64,000 nt of DNA, taken from the NCBI GenBank assembly GCA_965222075.1, contig OZ244937.1, forward strand, positions 2,240,001-2,304,000, written 5' to 3'. Under the pieces are notes generated by a model that ran no database searches, had not been told where the DNA came from, and was given only the letters and a program-made list of their open reading frames with translations. This stretch comes from Candidatus Latescibacterota bacterium. Lineage in GTDB: Bacteria; Latescibacterota; UBA2968; GCA-2709665. This document shows positions 12,745 to 22,207 of this stretch, one piece after another (the stretch's first letter is position 1; each line of letters begins with the position of its first letter). The position numbers and the translations under genes were made by a program.

Positions 12745-14940
12745 ATGAAACTGCGAGCCATATTAAGCCTGCAAACCATCCAGAAACTCCGTCGGATCGC
12801 AGGGGTGGCGGGCCTCTCTCCGGATCCGTCGGGCAATAAGACCGCACTGATTGACCTGCTCTGCGGCCCCCTTTCAAAGCCCGAAGCGGTCGCCGCTCGG
12901 CTGGACGCGCTCACCCCCGAGCAACGGGAATTTGCCACAGCCCTTGCCGCTGAGGGCGGGGAGCTCTTAGAAGCCGAGGCCGTTGGTGAACTGAGCAACG
13001 GATTTGTCCGCCCGTTTCGGGCCCTGCTTTGCGCCCTCTCAGAAGCGGGCCTCGTCTTCCAGGATTCTGAGACCCTGGGCCCCGATTGCCCCCTGGTGGG
13101 CATTCCCGACCCTCTGCTCAGATCGATCCCCGTTCCCCAAGCCGACCAGGGCCGCCTCCGGCAGGTCATGAAAACGACCTCTATCGGGCTGTTGCGGGCC
13201 TTTGCCCGGGACTTAGGGGCTCTGTCCCGGGATGCCCAGCGGCCCTTCGTTGTCCAGGCCATCCGCGCCCACCTCCTCAACCCGGAACATCTGAAGGCCT
13301 ATATGAACGGCCTGTCGGAAGAAAAAAGGGCCATCCTGAGCCGGATTCTGAAGGTCGATGAGATCACTCCGGAGGAAATCAGGGAAGGGGTGGGAGGCGC
13401 CTCAGCACGGGAACTGGACGAGATGCTCTGGAAGACCCCCCTCTTTTTCTCACCCCTGCCTGCCCGCCTGCGCGCTGCGCGCGGGCAGGCGCCGAGTTCT
13501 GCTCGGCAGGCAGGTCGGCAGGCAGGCGGAGACCGCAGCCGCCCGAACGCCGCAATCCGGCTGGCTACAGACCTGCGCCAGACCATGCAGGCCATCGCCG
13601 ATTCGCAGGGCGGTCATCTGCAAAGTCGGCCTGAGGAAGCCCTGAAAGAAATGCCGGAACCGCCCGCCCAGGTCCGGAACAATACCCCCTACCTCCTGCA
13701 CGACCTGGCCACCCTGCTGGGATTTATCGAGCAAAGGCGTCCCCGGCTGCTCAAACGCGGAGGTCTCGCCAAGGCAGAACTTGCCAGACAGTGCTATCGG
13801 GGCGACACCGATCCAGGATACCCGGAATTCCTGACGCTCTTTACCGAAGCCTCCGGGATGGTCCATCCCGAAGGCGGGTTCTGGCGCCTTTCGGAAAATG
13901 TTGGAGAACGGCTCGAAGAAGCCATCCAGATGCAGAAGGCCCTGCTCGCCTTCTGGCAGGAAACCGAGCGGTGGAACGAGTGGACCGCAGCCCGGCCCGC
14001 CTCCTCGGCGCGTCGGGACCGAATCGATGCGCTCAAATCCCTCCGGCAGGAAGTCCTCAAAGGACTCCGGACCTGCCCAAAGGACTGCTGGGTCGCCTAC
14101 CCCCGATTCTATCGCCTCCTTGTGGGATCCTCAGAACCGTTCCGGCACCTTGCCGGACACCCCGCAACCGGGCGCGCCCTGGCCGCAGGGGGCACAACAG
14201 CCGATGAGCTGCTCCGCCGGATGTTCCGGGGCGCGCTTACCTGGATGGGCCTGACCGTGCTTGGCAACCCGGACGCGTTTGCCCTGCCCCTGCACCGGGA
14301 AGAGCGGGCCTCGTTTCGGGTCACCCCCCTGGGTCGCGCCCTGCTTGAGGGAGAGGGAACAGAGGCCTTCCGGGACGCCGCGCCTCCAACGAACCCGGAC
14401 GCCCGGTTTGTCCTGCAGCCCAACCTTGAGATCCTCTCACCGCCCGACCTCCCCTATGCCCGGTTCATCGCCCTCTTCGGCCTTGCGGACCTGAAATCCA
14501 TCGACGTGATGACCCACTTTCAAATCACCCGGGAGGCGTTTCAAAGGGCGATGAACCGGGGGGCATCGGGGGACGCGATCCGGGAATTCCTGAAAACCAA
14601 CAGCGCCACCGGACTGCCTGACATCGTGGAGGCCCTGATTGAAGAGTGCGAAAGCAAACACGGCGAAATCGAAATCGGCCCGGCCTCAGGCTACCTGACC
14701 GTGGCGCGCGAGGCCTTACTCGACGAACTCTATGCCCAGACGCAGATTGCCGTCTGCTTAGGCCTCCGGGTTTCTCCAACCGAGGCGGTCCTCAAGCCAG
14801 ACACGAAGCCCGAAGCCCTCATTCAGCTCCTCCACAAACAGGGCTACATGCCCCGCCTGATGCACGCGCTTGAGGACGAAAAGAACGGGCGCCACCAGGT
14901 GGTCCAGCGCCCCGGAAAGTCGCCCGGATATCAAGCTTGA
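12745..14940 (+). CDS. helicase-associated (Helicase_C_3/XPB N-terminal-like) domain protein
   Basis: C-terminal FVLQPNLEI...FQITREAFQRAMNRG...FLKTNS..LPDIV..LI signature; no Walker motifs. Confidence 0.7.
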   Translation: MKLRAILSLQTIQKLRRIAGVAGLSPDPSGNKTALIDLLCGPLSKPEAVAARLDALTPEQREFATALAAEGGELLEAEAVGELSNGFVRPFRALLCALSEAGLVFQDSETLGPDCPLVGIPDPLLRSIPVPQADQGRLRQVMKTTSIGLLRAFARDLGALSRDAQRPFVVQAIRAHLLNPEHLKAYMNGLSEEKRAILSRILKVDEITPEEIREGVGGASARELDEMLWKTPLFFSPLPARLRAARGQAPSSARQAGRQAGGDRSRPNAAIRLATDLRQTMQAIADSQGGHLQSRPEEALKEMPEPPAQVRNNTPYLLHDLATLLGFIEQRRPRLLKRGGLAKAELARQCYRGDTDPGYPEFLTLFTEASGMVHPEGGFWRLSENVGERLEEAIQMQKALLAFWQETERWNEWTAARPASSARRDRIDALKSLRQEVLKGLRTCPKDCWVAYPRFYRLLVGSSEPFRHLAGHPATGRALAAGGTTADELLRRMFRGALTWMGLTVLGNPDAFALPLHREERASFRVTPLGRALLEGEGTEAFRDAAPPTNPDARFVLQPNLEILSPPDLPYARFIALFGLADLKSIDVMTHFQITREAFQRAMNRGASGDAIREFLKTNSATGLPDIVEALIEECESKHGEIEIGPASGYLTVAREALLDELYAQTQIAVCLGLRVSPTEAVLKPDTKPEALIQLLHKQGYMPRLMHALEDEKNGRHQVVQRPGKSPGYQA
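13455..13526. repeat. nested palindromic element (CCTGCCTGCC...GGCAGGCAGG) inserted in frame in a CDS
   Basis: 72 bp of stacked inverted repeats; related 33-bp copy at 44786-44818. Confidence 0.8.
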
Positions 14941-14965
14941 CATTTACCTTTGGAAACCCTATATT
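14937..14965 (+). promoter_or_regulatory. sigma70 promoter overlapping the upstream stop codon
   Basis: TTGACA-N17-TATATT. Confidence 0.65.
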
Positions 14966-15056
14966 GCTCGCGGTATCCGGGAGTTTGCCCCCCGAAAGTA
15001 GAGGTAAGGGCACAGTCTGGTGTGCCCTGTGTTGAACCCAGATACGGTACTCCTTC

Positions 15057-15872
15057 ATGGAAATCCGCTACTCAATCCGCGAGCCGATGGCCCCCGGCAA
15101 GACCCTCATTGAAAAATTCCGCAACCTCGCAGAGATCGGGATTGCCGGCATCGAAATGACCGCCAGCAGCACCTGGGAACACGCCGACGAGATCCGAAAG
15201 GCCTCCAGGAAGACCGGCGTCGTCCCCAACATCTTCTCCTCCCGGGGGGGGATGGGCCTCTTAGACGCCCGGCGAGACGAGCGGCAAAAAGCGATAAAAT
15301 CCCTCAAAGAGGCCCTCTCGCTCTGCGGAGAACTGGGCGGCATCGGCGTCATCTTCCCCCCGCTCATCGGCATCAAACTGGGAGGGGGCGAACGCATCCC
15401 CGACCTCTCTCCCCTGGCCGGCACCGCAGAACTGGAGCGCGACCTCCTCGTCGAGATCCTGAAAGGGGAGATCGCGCCTTATGCCGAAAGCTGCGGGTGC
15501 AGCGTCATCATCGAACCCCTCAACCGCTACGAGCAGTGGTGGCCCTGCACCCTGGCGGATGGCGTGGCCGTCTGTGAAGCCGTCGACAGCCCCGGCATTA
15601 CCGTCATGGCCGACTTCTTCCACATGAGCATCGAAGAGTGCGACATGGCCGATGCCATCCGGGTCGGGGGCAGTAGACTCACAAACGTCCACCTCGCAGA
15701 CAGCAACCGGGTCCTGCCCGGCTCTGGCCACACCGATTTCGGACCTGGCCTGGCGGCTCTGGGTGAAATCGGCTACGAACACTTCTGCGGGTTCGAATGC
15801 AGCATCCCCTCCGGCAGCGACCCCGGGGCCGAACTCAAGAGATCGATGGACTACCTCAACAGCCTGCTGTGA
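15057..15872 (+). CDS. sugar phosphate isomerase/epimerase family (D-tagatose 3-epimerase/IolO-like)
   Basis: IEPLNRYE, ADFFHMSIEE, VHLADSNRVLPGSGH and GFEC motifs. Confidence 0.85.
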   Translation: MEIRYSIREPMAPGKTLIEKFRNLAEIGIAGIEMTASSTWEHADEIRKASRKTGVVPNIFSSRGGMGLLDARRDERQKAIKSLKEALSLCGELGGIGVIFPPLIGIKLGGGERIPDLSPLAGTAELERDLLVEILKGEIAPYAESCGCSVIIEPLNRYEQWWPCTLADGVAVCEAVDSPGITVMADFFHMSIEECDMADAIRVGGSRLTNVHLADSNRVLPGSGHTDFGPGLAALGEIGYEHFCGFECSIPSGSDPGAELKRSMDYLNSLL

Positions 15873-15888
15873 GAAAGGCGCACGCACC

Positions 15889-16305
15889 ATGGACCAACCT
15901 TCCGAAAAAAGCCTGAAGAGAATGCGGATCTTCGTCGGGAAATACATGGAAAAAACCGGCACCACGGGCCATCCGGATGGTGGCGTCACAGAGGCGGTCG
16001 TCAACGGCCTTGCCGCTCACGTGGACGAACTCGGCCGTCCGCTCTGCCCCTGCAATTTTTACCCCGACAAAAAGGCGGAACTCGAACGCAGCCGGGAATG
16101 GGTCTGCGCCTGCGATGAAATGAAACAGTACAAATACTGCCACTGCCTCCTCTTCGTCACTCCCGAAGGGCTTCCCATCACGGAGTACCTCCCGGAAGAC
16201 CACGAAGGCCGCCAGGTCTACGGCCTGGTCAAAGACCCCACCCCCGACAAAGGCCGCGAAGCCCGCCATAAGATAAAAGACAAAGAAGCAGCCACCCAAT
16301 CCTGA
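15889..16305 (+). CDS. ferredoxin:thioredoxin reductase catalytic subunit-like protein
   Basis: GRPLCPC...WVCAC...YCHCLLF; ATG at 15889 after AAAGG. Confidence 0.88.
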   Translation: MDQPSEKSLKRMRIFVGKYMEKTGTTGHPDGGVTEAVVNGLAAHVDELGRPLCPCNFYPDKKAELERSREWVCACDEMKQYKYCHCLLFVTPEGLPITEYLPEDHEGRQVYGLVKDPTPDKGREARHKIKDKEAATQS

Positions 16306-16429
16306 ACTTGCTCCCGTAACAGAGCTTCAAGATCCAGCTCCGGCGCTTCCACCTGCCAGAACTGGATCTTTTGTATGCCTCCCGGCTGCCCGTCCGGTCC
16401 TGCTCGGGGTATGAACATAGGAGGAACAG

Positions 16430-17218
16430 ATGCTCCGCATCGCTCTGGCCGCCTTAAAACAGCAGGCCTCCATCCCTGAGGGGGTGGAAAAAATCAAAAC
16501 CGTCCTCCGCGAATGCAAAAAGAAAAAAGTAGACATCGTCTGCACCCCCGAAACCTACCTCCCCGGCCTGCGGGGGGCGAGCTTCGACCTGCCCCCGCCG
16601 GACCAGATCCAGATGGAAGCGGCGCTTCGGGAACTGCGCAGGAGCTGCCGGGAACACCGGGTAGCGGCCATCGTGGGAATGGAATGGATCACAAAGCGCG
16701 GCCTGGAGAACCGGGCCTATGTCATCTCCGCCTCCGGCAGGGTGCTGGGCCACCAGACCAAAAACCAGATCACCCCCGGCGGCGAATCGGACAACTACGT
16801 CCCCGATGGGCAGCGCAGCGTGTTCCAGGTCAACGGCACGAAATTCGGCATCACCATCTGTCACGAAGGCTGGCGCTACCCCGAAACCGTCCGCTGGGCC
16901 GTGGTGCGCGGAGCGAAAATCATCTTCCAGCCCCAGGTCACCGGAAGCGACACCAGAGGTCAAAAACTGAAAAAATGGGGCGACAACTTCTACGAAAAAG
17001 CGATGCAGTGCCGCGCCTTTGAAAACACCGTCTTTTTTGCCAGTGTGAACCAGGCCATGCGCTACCAGAACTCCGCCACCAGCCTCATCGACCCCCAGGG
17101 CTATAAAATCGCCCACATCCCCTATGGCAAAGAGGACCTCCTCATCGCGGACATCGACCCCAAAGACGCAAACAGAAAGATGGCAAAACGCTACAGGCCC
17201 GAGCTGTATCCCGAATAG
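16430..17218 (+). CDS. carbon-nitrogen hydrolase (nitrilase superfamily)
   Basis: E-K-C triad: TPET, HQTK, ICHE; CRAFEN; AGGAGG RBS. Confidence 0.88.
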   Translation: MLRIALAALKQQASIPEGVEKIKTVLRECKKKKVDIVCTPETYLPGLRGASFDLPPPDQIQMEAALRELRRSCREHRVAAIVGMEWITKRGLENRAYVISASGRVLGHQTKNQITPGGESDNYVPDGQRSVFQVNGTKFGITICHEGWRYPETVRWAVVRGAKIIFQPQVTGSDTRGQKLKKWGDNFYEKAMQCRAFENTVFFASVNQAMRYQNSATSLIDPQGYKIAHIPYGKEDLLIADIDPKDANRKMAKRYRPELYPE

Positions 17219-17231
17219 CGCACAAAAGCGA

Positions 17232-17259
17232 TTGACTCTCACCGAAAATTGTGTACATT
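17232..17259 (+). promoter_or_regulatory. sigma70-like promoter for riboswitch-folD
   Basis: TTGACT-N16-TACATT. Confidence 0.5.
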
Positions 17260-17278
17260 GAATATCACCTGACAAGAC

Positions 17279-17358
17279 CAACCGGCGCAACTGGCGGATA
17301 ACGTGGGAGCGACCACGGGGGAGCGTCGACCGATACGGAGAGCCGACCGCCTGGGCAA
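17279..17358 (+). ncRNA. ZMP/ZTP riboswitch (pfl motif)
   Basis: CGGCGC-AACTGGCG...GTGG..CCAC..GGAGCGTCG P1/P2, linker, then GCCGACCGCCTGGGCA 3' hairpin/pseudoknot; directly upstream of folD. Confidence 0.9.
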
Positions 17359-17381
17359 AACAGAAAACCCGGGCGGTTTTT
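17346..17381 (+). terminator. riboswitch expression-platform terminator
   Basis: ACCGCCTGGG pairs with CCCGGGCGGT followed by a T run; overlaps the aptamer 3' hairpin. Confidence 0.75.
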
Positions 17382-17421
17382 CGTCCGGGGCGGAATCTCC
17401 AAAGCGCAGGAGGGCGACCCG

Positions 17422-18309
17422 ATGGCAAAAATCCTCAGTGGAGAAGACGTATCCAAGGACATGCACCGTGAGATGGTGGCGGATGTTGCGCGCCTGAAAA
17501 CGGAGCACAACCTGACCCCGGGCCTGGCCGTTGTGCTGGTCGGAGAAGACCCCGCCTCGGCCGCATACGTAAGATCGAAACAGGCAGCCTGCAAAGAACT
17601 CGGCATCCACTCGGTAAAGCGCAAATTCGACGCCGACCTGCCCGAAGCCGACCTCCTCAAAGTCGTCCAGGAATTAAACGAAGATCCCGCCATTCACGGC
17701 ATCCTCGTCCAGCTCCCCCTTCCGGACCAGATCGATGAAGGGCGGGCGCTCAACGCTCTTTCTCCCTCCAAGGACGTGGACGGTCTCCACCCGATCAATC
17801 TGGGAAAGCTTCAGAGGGGCGAAGTGGGCTTCCTCCCCTGCACCCCCCACGGCGTGCAGCAACTCCTCTTGCGGTCCGGAATCGAAATCAGCGGCAAACA
17901 CGTCGTCATCGTCGGCAGGAGCACCCTGGTGAGCAAACCCTTAGCAGGCATCCTCCTCCAGAAAAGGCCCGACGCCAACGCCACGGTCACCGTTTGCCAC
18001 ACCGGCACCCGGGACATCGCCTCCTTCACCCGCCAGGCCGACATCTTGGTCGTTGCCGCTGGCAGACCCAGGACCATCACCGCCGACATGGTCTCCGAAG
18101 GCGCCGTGGTCGTGGACGTGGGCATCAACAGCATCCCCGCCCCCTCCAGAAAGCGGGGCTACCGTTTGGTCGGAGATGTCGATTTCGATGCGGTCAGCGA
18201 AAAGGCCGGCGCCATCACCCCCGTCCCCGGCGGCGTTGGCCCCATGACCATCACTCTGCTGCTTTACAACACCATCTGGTCGGCAAAACAAACCCACGGA
18301 ATTTCTTAG
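17422..18309 (+). CDS. folD: methylenetetrahydrofolate dehydrogenase/cyclohydrolase
   Basis: YVRSK, GILVQLPLP, KDVDGLHP, PCTP, DVGIN and TPVPGGVGPMT motifs. Confidence 0.97.
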   Translation: MAKILSGEDVSKDMHREMVADVARLKTEHNLTPGLAVVLVGEDPASAAYVRSKQAACKELGIHSVKRKFDADLPEADLLKVVQELNEDPAIHGILVQLPLPDQIDEGRALNALSPSKDVDGLHPINLGKLQRGEVGFLPCTPHGVQQLLLRSGIEISGKHVVIVGRSTLVSKPLAGILLQKRPDANATVTVCHTGTRDIASFTRQADILVVAAGRPRTITADMVSEGAVVVDVGINSIPAPSRKRGYRLVGDVDFDAVSEKAGAITPVPGGVGPMTITLLLYNTIWSAKQTHGIS

Positions 18310-18338
18310 CCCACCCCCTTCATTTTATCTGTGTCCAA

Positions 18339-20267
18339 ATGAAACGCAACATTTTAACGATCTTGATCGTGAGCCTGTTCGCTTACAGCCATCCGGCGAT
18401 GGCGCAGAAGTGGGGAAAGGTGTCCAGGGACGTTTTGGCAATAACCTCCATACCGGAAGACCCGGAGGCCGATGCGGTTATCCTCTTCGATGTAGGCGAG
18501 ATAAAGATCACACCGCAATTTGACCTCCTGTTTAAACGCCACCTTCGGACTAAAATTCTCACCGAACAGGGATTGAAGTACGCGGATATTTCGATTCGAT
18601 TCTGGCATGAAGATAAGATCCAAAGACTGAAGGCCCACACAATACTGCCAGACGGCAAAAAGGTAAAGCTGAAGAAAAAGGACGTTTTTGAGAAACGGGA
18701 CCGGTCCTGGAAGCAGAAGGTCTTTGCCATCCCCGGCGCAGAAGTGGGTGCAGTAATCGAATACACGTATGAAAAGTACAGCAAATATATCACCTTTTTA
18801 CAGCCCTGGTATTTCCAGAACCGGGAATTTACGAAGGTGAACAAACTGACGGTAACCTCCCCCCTGGGCCTGTATTACTCTATGTTCTTTACCAACTTTT
18901 ACGGCAATGATCCAAGTCCGGCCAAAGAGGAATTTATCTCCCCGGATGGCATTGTGGTGAAAGAATTCACCTGGACCGTTGAGAATCTACCCGCCATCAG
19001 GCAAGAACCCTATATGACAACCCCCAAAGATTACCTTGCCGCCATCTATTTTCAGCTGCATACCTATCAAAGTCCATATCACAACGTCACATATATCAAA
19101 ACGTGGGATGACCTTGCCGGGGTTGTAAGAAAACGATATAGACCCTTTCTCGAAGACGACAACGGATTGAAAGAACTGGTGTTGGAATTGCTGCCTGAGG
19201 CTGAAAATGACCGTCAAAAGGCGCAGATCCTTTACACCTATGTGAAAAATTCGATTGAAACAACCCCTTACCGCGGCCTCCTGAGCGATCAGTTGAAGCC
19301 CCCCCATCAGGTGGTTAAAGATAAAAAGGGAAGCGCAGTTGAAAAGAACCTGCTGCTCATCAACCTGTTGAAACGCGCCGGCCTTGAGGCCTACCCGCTT
19401 CTCATCAGCACCCGCAATCACGGCAGGTTCCACGACAGGTGGCCGCAATTGCAGCAACTCAACCATGCCATCGCAGGTCTTCGCCTGGGCAAATCGCCTT
19501 ATTCCTTAGACACGGGAGATAAGTACTGTCCTTTTGGAATGCTGTCCCCCAACGACCTGTCCCATAAGGGGCTTCTGGTTACCGATCAGAATGGCCTGGT
19601 TATAGACATCCCTATGCATAAGAAGGTCAACATGCGCCATGCGAGCACCAGCGCCACATTGACCCAAGAGGGGGATCTAATCTGCCAGACCGTCCTGAAG
19701 TTTGAAGGCTACCGCGGGATGTCGGAACGGTCAAAGCTGAGTCGAAAAAAGGAAAAAGACTATATAAAGGAGATCTTGGAAGATCGCTTCAGCGACGTGA
19801 CCATAGACACCTTTAAAATAACGGGCATCGACGAAATAGACACGCCGCTGGAGGCCAGGATCGATTACCGCGTGCACAATTATGCGCAGGTGGTCGGCGA
19901 CATGGTCTACCTCACGCCGGCGCTCATCCACCGCCTTCAATCCAACCCTTTTAAAAGAGAGAAACGGAGCTTCCCGGTTGAATTCAGCTACAGCCGCGTT
20001 TATGAGGAAAAAGTGAACCTGACGATACCGGAGAACTATCAAACGCTTGAAACGCCCATCTCCCTTCGGAAGCTCTCCCGCGACCTCTATTTCACCTCTG
20101 TTTGTCAGGCGGATAGCAACCTGGTTAAATTTCAGCGTCATTTTACATTAAACAAGGTATTTTATGACCCCACAGAATACCCTGCGCTTCGAGACACCTA
20201 TGAACAAATCGTCAATTCCGATCAGGGACAGATCGTGTTGAAACGCCTGGCGAAATCCGACGAATAG
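18339..20267 (+). CDS. secreted DUF3857 + transglutaminase-like + DUF3858 protein, catalytic Cys absent
   Basis: signal peptide at 18339; EVGAVIEYTY; GSAVEKNLLL in place of GDCKD; LNH. Confidence 0.8.
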   Translation: MKRNILTILIVSLFAYSHPAMAQKWGKVSRDVLAITSIPEDPEADAVILFDVGEIKITPQFDLLFKRHLRTKILTEQGLKYADISIRFWHEDKIQRLKAHTILPDGKKVKLKKKDVFEKRDRSWKQKVFAIPGAEVGAVIEYTYEKYSKYITFLQPWYFQNREFTKVNKLTVTSPLGLYYSMFFTNFYGNDPSPAKEEFISPDGIVVKEFTWTVENLPAIRQEPYMTTPKDYLAAIYFQLHTYQSPYHNVTYIKTWDDLAGVVRKRYRPFLEDDNGLKELVLELLPEAENDRQKAQILYTYVKNSIETTPYRGLLSDQLKPPHQVVKDKKGSAVEKNLLLINLLKRAGLEAYPLLISTRNHGRFHDRWPQLQQLNHAIAGLRLGKSPYSLDTGDKYCPFGMLSPNDLSHKGLLVTDQNGLVIDIPMHKKVNMRHASTSATLTQEGDLICQTVLKFEGYRGMSERSKLSRKKEKDYIKEILEDRFSDVTIDTFKITGIDEIDTPLEARIDYRVHNYAQVVGDMVYLTPALIHRLQSNPFKREKRSFPVEFSYSRVYEEKVNLTIPENYQTLETPISLRKLSRDLYFTSVCQADSNLVKFQRHFTLNKVFYDPTEYPALRDTYEQIVNSDQGQIVLKRLAKSDE

Positions 20268-20296
20268 GATCAGATCGACGTTGGAGGTACAAAAAT

Positions 20297-22186
20297 ATGG
20301 CGACCAAAAGTCAGATCCCTGTACTTGTCGTGCTCTCGCTGGTCGCGGCAAGCCCCTCCCCGGGCAGGGAAAAATTGTGGCCCGAGGACGTCGATGCGAT
20401 AATCGTGCTGGATGAAAATAAATTTCAGGTAAAAAATCAAAACAAGGCGACGTTTAAAAAACATCGCCTTGTATACATCTACAACGATGCAGGAAAAAAA
20501 TATGGGAACGTCACGGTCTATGAAAATAAATTCATGAAATGCAAAAACATCATCGGTAGAATCACAGATTTGGATGGCAACCTGATCAGGGAATTGGGCA
20601 AAGATGACATTCAAAAAACGGCTCACTTTCCTGAATTTGTCCTTTATGAAGACTCCAAATACTACTGGTTCCAACTCGGATTGAGCACATTCCCCTATGT
20701 TGTAGAATATTCTTATGAAGTAGACTATAACACCCTGTTCTTCTGGCCGAATTGGTACCCCCAGAAGGACATCCCGGTCTTAAAATCCTCCTACCAGCTG
20801 GATACAGGGGGCCGTATCCAATACCGGACGCACGCGATTGGGATCGAAATCGAGCCGCAGTCCGCGGAAAAATCGACATGGGTATGGCAGCTCGAAAACA
20901 TCAAGCCCAGGGTCAAAGAGCGATTCATGCCTCCGGAAAACAATGTGCAAATGGCCCTCTATTTTGCCTCTACCCGGTTTAAGATCGGGAATTACGGGGG
21001 TTCGTTTGCCTCCTGGGATGGATTGGCGGAGTGGTACAACGACCTGTCTTCAGGACGATATGAACTCCCGCCTGGAGCGAAAGCGCAGGTTCTGAAACAG
21101 ATTGACGAAACAGACACCCACAGGCAGAAGGTTCAAAAACTCTACGCTTTTATGCAGGACCACACCCGCTATGTCGCCATCGAGCTGGGAATCGGCGGGT
21201 GGCAACCCTATTCGGCCGTATCGACCTTCAAGAATCGGTACGGGGACTGCAAAGACCTTTCCACCTTCATGATCTCTATGCTAAAGGAGGTCGGCATCAC
21301 GGCCTATCCGGCCCTCACGCGCACCCGCAACAGAGGGGCCTTGGTCAGGGAGTTCCCGTCCAACCAGTTCAACCACTGTATTACGGTCGTCCCCTTGCAG
21401 CGAGACACCCTCTGGCTGGAATGTACGGCGGATCTCCTGGCCGCGGATATGCTCCCGGCCGATGTTGAAGGCTGTGACGTCCTGGTGGTAAAAGAAAATG
21501 CAGGAGAGATCGTCCGCACCCCTCAGAGCCAATACGGGGACAACGTATCGGTAAGCAAAATCGAAGGAAGCGTAACGCCATCGGGGGCATTCACCTTCAG
21601 CGGGGAAATAATGGCCACCGGCAATATAAGCGCGTATCTGAGAGGAAAATTGTATGGCCGCAAGCCCGAGGATCGCAAGCAATGGCTGAGAAAATCCCTG
21701 GGCAGGTATCTGCCCAAACTTGACCTGATAGAATATGAAATCGATCGCTTAGACCGGGACTTCGAAAAGCCGGTGATCATCCGGTTCAAAGGGGCCTTGA
21801 ACAAATTCGGTGTGCGCAGTGCGAAAAGACTGTTCATCAATCCCAACATCCTGAATCGGTTGACCCCCGACGATCTGCCCAGAGAGAAAAAACGCCGGTT
21901 TCCGATTCACCATCGGTATGCGTTCATAAAAGTCGATTCGCTATCCATCTCGATTCCCGCAGGCTTCGAACTGGAGGCGGCGCTTGATCCGGAAAAGACG
22001 GCGACCCCTTTTGGCCACTTCGAGACGGCCTACGCCTTTACGGATGGTAAGCTGACATACAGCCGGACGTTCAGACGGGAACTGACGCATATCCCCCTGT
22101 CGATGTACGGCGCGTATGTATCCTTTCTGAAAAAAATCGTAAAAAAGGATCAATCACCGTTCGTCTTCAAGAGAGTGCAAGGATAA
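20297..22186 (+). CDS. secreted DUF3857 + transglutaminase-like protein, catalytic triad intact
   Basis: TRYVAIELGIGGWQP, YGDCKD, FNHCI, WLECT motifs. Confidence 0.85.
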   Translation: MATKSQIPVLVVLSLVAASPSPGREKLWPEDVDAIIVLDENKFQVKNQNKATFKKHRLVYIYNDAGKKYGNVTVYENKFMKCKNIIGRITDLDGNLIRELGKDDIQKTAHFPEFVLYEDSKYYWFQLGLSTFPYVVEYSYEVDYNTLFFWPNWYPQKDIPVLKSSYQLDTGGRIQYRTHAIGIEIEPQSAEKSTWVWQLENIKPRVKERFMPPENNVQMALYFASTRFKIGNYGGSFASWDGLAEWYNDLSSGRYELPPGAKAQVLKQIDETDTHRQKVQKLYAFMQDHTRYVAIELGIGGWQPYSAVSTFKNRYGDCKDLSTFMISMLKEVGITAYPALTRTRNRGALVREFPSNQFNHCITVVPLQRDTLWLECTADLLAADMLPADVEGCDVLVVKENAGEIVRTPQSQYGDNVSVSKIEGSVTPSGAFTFSGEIMATGNISAYLRGKLYGRKPEDRKQWLRKSLGRYLPKLDLIEYEIDRLDRDFEKPVIIRFKGALNKFGVRSAKRLFINPNILNRLTPDDLPREKKRRFPIHHRYAFIKVDSLSISIPAGFELEAALDPEKTATPFGHFETAYAFTDGKLTYSRTFRRELTHIPLSMYGAYVSFLKKIVKKDQSPFVFKRVQG

Positions 22187-22207
22187 GACAACTTCTAAAA
22201 ACTTAGA

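Noticed and set aside
14971-15045. c-di-GMP-I riboswitch or hammerhead ribozyme
   Set aside because: Has a GAAA-capped stem but lacks the GGCAAA/GACGCAAAG or CUGANGA core nucleotides; kept only as an unknown leader.
15652-15888. N-terminal extension of the FTR ORF
   Set aside because: It overlaps the epimerase gene; homology and the RBS point to ATG 15889.
17994-18338. 115-aa N-terminal extension of the DUF3857 ORF
   Set aside because: It overlaps folD in another frame; a clear signal peptide starts at 18339.
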